A stretch of 19,261 nt of DNA, taken from the NCBI GenBank assembly GCA_027623195.1, contig JAQBUT010000038.1:1-19261 (forward strand), given 5' to 3'. This stretch comes from Chloroflexota bacterium. Its GTDB lineage: Bacteria > Chloroflexota > Dehalococcoidia > Lucifugimonadales > JADFKI01. Every line of letters begins with the position of its first letter. Positions within the stretch are counted from its first letter, which is position 1. Below are positions 17,450-19,261 of the stretch, in pieces. Under the pieces are notes generated by a model that made no database searches, was not told the DNA's origin, and saw only the letters and a list, made by a program, of their open reading frames with translations. A program made the position numbers and the translations under genes.

Positions 17450-17631
17450 GTTAAACCACTTTATTTGATGATATATCTTTAGGCAATGCCTCTTAGTGGT
17501 GGTTTTGATTGAGTGTGATTAACTGGGAGATGCCACGACCTTACTCTTGCAGTAAAGGGCGTGCATCAAGCGCCGACCTAGTCAACCAGCCGTGTAGAAG
17601 GGGAACAAAATGTCGTAGCAAAAGACGTGGT

Positions 17632-17715
17632 GAGCACCCACGAAGCACGCTTGTGGAGGCAGGCCCCCTGCTGAGCCTCCGCATCGAAATCGAGGCCGTG
17701 GGCGTGTTGGACTGA
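17632..17715 (+). pseudogene. C-terminal remnant of a RidA/YjgF-family gene
   Basis: Translates as EHPRSTLVEAGPLLSLRIEIEAVGVLD*, resembling the RidA C-terminal P..STLVEV..L.....(V/I)EIEA.AV. The upstream in-frame sequence is not RidA-like. Confidence 0.5.
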
Positions 17716-17739
17716 GTACCTGTTAAGGCTACTTCAGGG

Positions 17740-18465
17740 TCAAAGGCCCTTGGCTATCTGTTCCTTTTGCCAAACAAAGTCGACCTCTGCGTCGTAGAAC
17801 TTGCCGGGATTTTCAGCGGCCCAAATCTGCTTTCGAATAATCCAGTTATCGGGCTCCAGTTCCGCCCCTTGCTTCCACAGGGCCATGGCTTCGGCATGAC
17901 GACCCTGATTCTGCATCTCGGTGCCCTCGCGGAAAAGTTCATTGGCCTTGTAGTGTTCCGGTGGGAGCCCAGGATCGGATGGCTCAGACGCCACCTCGCC
18001 GGTAGCGTTAACCCACTGGTCGACAATCGATGCGAATTCAGGCTTGCGAATGTCGAATCCACCCAGTTTTTTGTACTGGACGACACCTTGCTCATCTACC
18101 AGAAACCCGTTTGGCACGGCCTTAAAGCCATAAAGCTGACCCAGCAGGTTCTGCTCGTCCTTGACCGTTAAGAATTCAGTTTTGGCCCGCTGGACGTAAG
18201 GCAAAATTTTCTCGTCGCCCTGGGCGTCTATGGCGACCGATATGATTTCTACGCCCTTGTCCCTATTGTTCTCGAACCACTGTTGCCAGACTGGCAACTG
18301 ATTTCTACAGGCTCACCAGGATGCCCACATAAAAACTATGACCTTCTTGCCTTTGTAGTCCGACAGAGACAAATTTTCAGGCCCGGCCTCAGACCCTACC
18401 ACCGGCAGTGTGAAGTCCGGGGCGTGATCCCCAACTTTGAGGATGGATTTAGATGATGCAGTCAT
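17740..18465 (-). CDS. Probable selenoprotein: TlpA/ResA-like thioredoxin-fold protein (WASW-U-AC motif) with C-terminal TPR-like region, 241 aa
   Basis: ATG 18465 with GGAGAG RBS gives MTASSKSILKVGDHAPDFTLP...LSDYKGKKVIVFMWASW, then TGA (18315-18313, codon 51), then ACRNQLPVWQQ, in frame with the track ORF 17740..18297. A SECIS-like hairpin follows the UGA. Confidence 0.9.
18282..18298 (-). promoter_or_regulatory. Bacterial SECIS-like hairpin
   Basis: mRNA GUUGCCA-GUC-UGGCAAC: a 7-bp perfect stem whose apical loop starts GU, 21 nt after the UGA. Confidence 0.75.
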
Positions 18466-18514
18466 AGTTTCTCTCCGAGTCCCTATCATTTACCAGATCG
18501 ATTTTGCACAAGCC

Positions 18515-18748
18515 CTATTCGTAGAAGCTACAGCCTATACCGTGGTATCCGATTGTGACCTTTCCATCTTCCACAAGAACCGGCGTAATGCGCTCGCCGT
18601 CCGTAAGGGCCTCTAACTCCGCCCACTTTTCGGGCTCTATTGCCAGGTCTACTTCCCTGTAGGTTGTGCCCTTTTCATCCAGCTCCATCTTTACGGAGAC
18701 GCAAATGGTGCACTCTGGATGGGTGTAGATAACAACGTTGTCCGCCAA
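18515..18748 (-). CDS. Glutaredoxin-like protein (CTIC motif, C-terminal GIGC), UXX-star-like Cys form
   Basis: IYT.PECTIC..VK..L...G..Y.EVDL, the cis-Pro motif TPV, and tail VTIGYHGIGCSFYE*. TTG start with GGAG RBS. Confidence 0.85.
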   Translation of the reverse strand: MADNVVIYTHPECTICVSVKMELDEKGTTYREVDLAIEPEKWAELEALTDGERITPVLVEDGKVTIGYHGIGCSFYE

Positions 18749-18807
18749 TTTTCACTCCGTATCCACTTTGAACTTGGATGCCGCGTCCCCTTAGCTGAAG
18801 CAGGGCT

Positions 18808-19035
18808 TTAAGATACGCAGCCGATGCCATTCACGCCAACGATGACCTCATCGCCATCAATAACAACGGGCGTGAGCTTTACCCCGTCGGTATACTCTAA
18901 AATTTCGCCCCATCGCTCTGGATGAAGAGACAGATTTACCTCTTCATAATCTTTGCCGTCTTTTTCCAGGTCGGCTTTTACCTTATCCGTGTAGCCGCAA
19001 CCCAGGGTCGAGTAAACAAGAATCTTGTCAGCCAA
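18808..19035 (-). CDS. Glutaredoxin-like protein (CGYT motif, C-terminal GIGCVS*), UXX-star-like Cys form
   Basis: VYST.GCGYT, TPV, and a Cys exactly two residues before the stop. TTG start with GAGGTGA RBS. Confidence 0.85.
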   Translation of the reverse strand: MADKILVYSTLGCGYTDKVKADLEKDGKDYEEVNLSLHPERWGEILEYTDGVKLTPVVIDGDEVIVGVNGIGCVS

Positions 19036-19233
19036 GTCAGATCACCTCTTCGCTAAATGTTGTATCCGGCAATACATAAGAATTTAAAAGAATTTTGAGC
19101 CATTCCCTATCCATTAGATACGGATTAATTCTAAAAGATTCGGTCCATCAATGCAAAAGGCCCGTTACCGGTTCATTACTGAGGTGGTATCGGTTTTTTA
19201 GACAGGTAGCTAAGAGAGAGTCCCGCTCCTAAA

Positions 19234-19261
19234 ATGACAGAAATAAAGGAGCAGGAAAATG
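19234..19261 (+). other. Probable start of a divergent gene running out of the window
   Basis: Either ATG 19234 (MTEIKEQEN...) or AAGGAG-N7-ATG at 19259. Too little sequence to identify the product. Confidence 0.35.

Noticed and set aside
17517..17600. Glycine riboswitch, group II intron domain V or IscB omega-RNA (fragments GGGAGA...CGCCGA, AGCCGTGT, GTCAACCAGCC)
   Set aside because: Only short words match. The remaining conserved cores and associated genes are missing.
17509..17715. 68-aa ORF as an intact gene
   Set aside because: Only the last 27 codons look protein-like (RidA remnant). The rest overlaps the RNA hairpin.
18316..18465. Reading the redoxin as a pseudogene or as two separate small genes
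   Set aside because: The only interruption is a TGA at the catalytic Cys position, followed by a SECIS-like hairpin, and both halves are intact and in frame.
18480..18820. Sec codons or relic SECIS at the glutaredoxin C-termini
   Set aside because: The codons are TGT/TGC, the stops are TAG/TAA, and only a weak hairpin follows one of them.
19081..19140. Imperfect AT-rich direct repeat (AATTTAAAAGAATT / AATTCTAAAAGATT)
   Set aside because: Low complexity, so it cannot be distinguished from ordinary promoter AT-richness.

Overview
Bacterial window with about 18 protein-coding genes and no rRNA, tRNA, CRISPR array or intact mobile element that I can recognise. An F420-type luciferase-like (LLM) oxidoreductase, frequent TTG starts and the overall gene mix suggest Chloroflexota/Dehalococcoidia (SAR202-like); this is inference only. 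Gene order: LLM oxidoreductase (-), amidohydrolase (+), a four-gene PhnDCEE-like ABC importer whose binding protein resembles the 'putative selenate' family (+), glutamine-dependent nadE (-), class I/II aminotransferase (-), ispH, a small membrane protein, a geranylgeranyl-reductase-family protein, a ComB-like phosphatase and an aldo/keto reductase (+), a surface protein with a C-terminal sorting signal (+), a CMD/AhpD-like protein (-), a large repeat-containing membrane protein (-), a RidA-like gene remnant (+), and a three-gene thiol/selenol redox cluster (-). The main result is that the ORF track truncates a probable selenoprotein. The gene at 17740..18465 (-) reads WASW-UGA-ACR in a TlpA/ResA-like fold, with a bacterial SECIS-like hairpin just after the UGA and a TPR-like tail. 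It lies downstream of two tandem glutaredoxin-like paralogues that carry a C-terminal GIGC, apparently Cys versions of 'UXX-star' type proteins.
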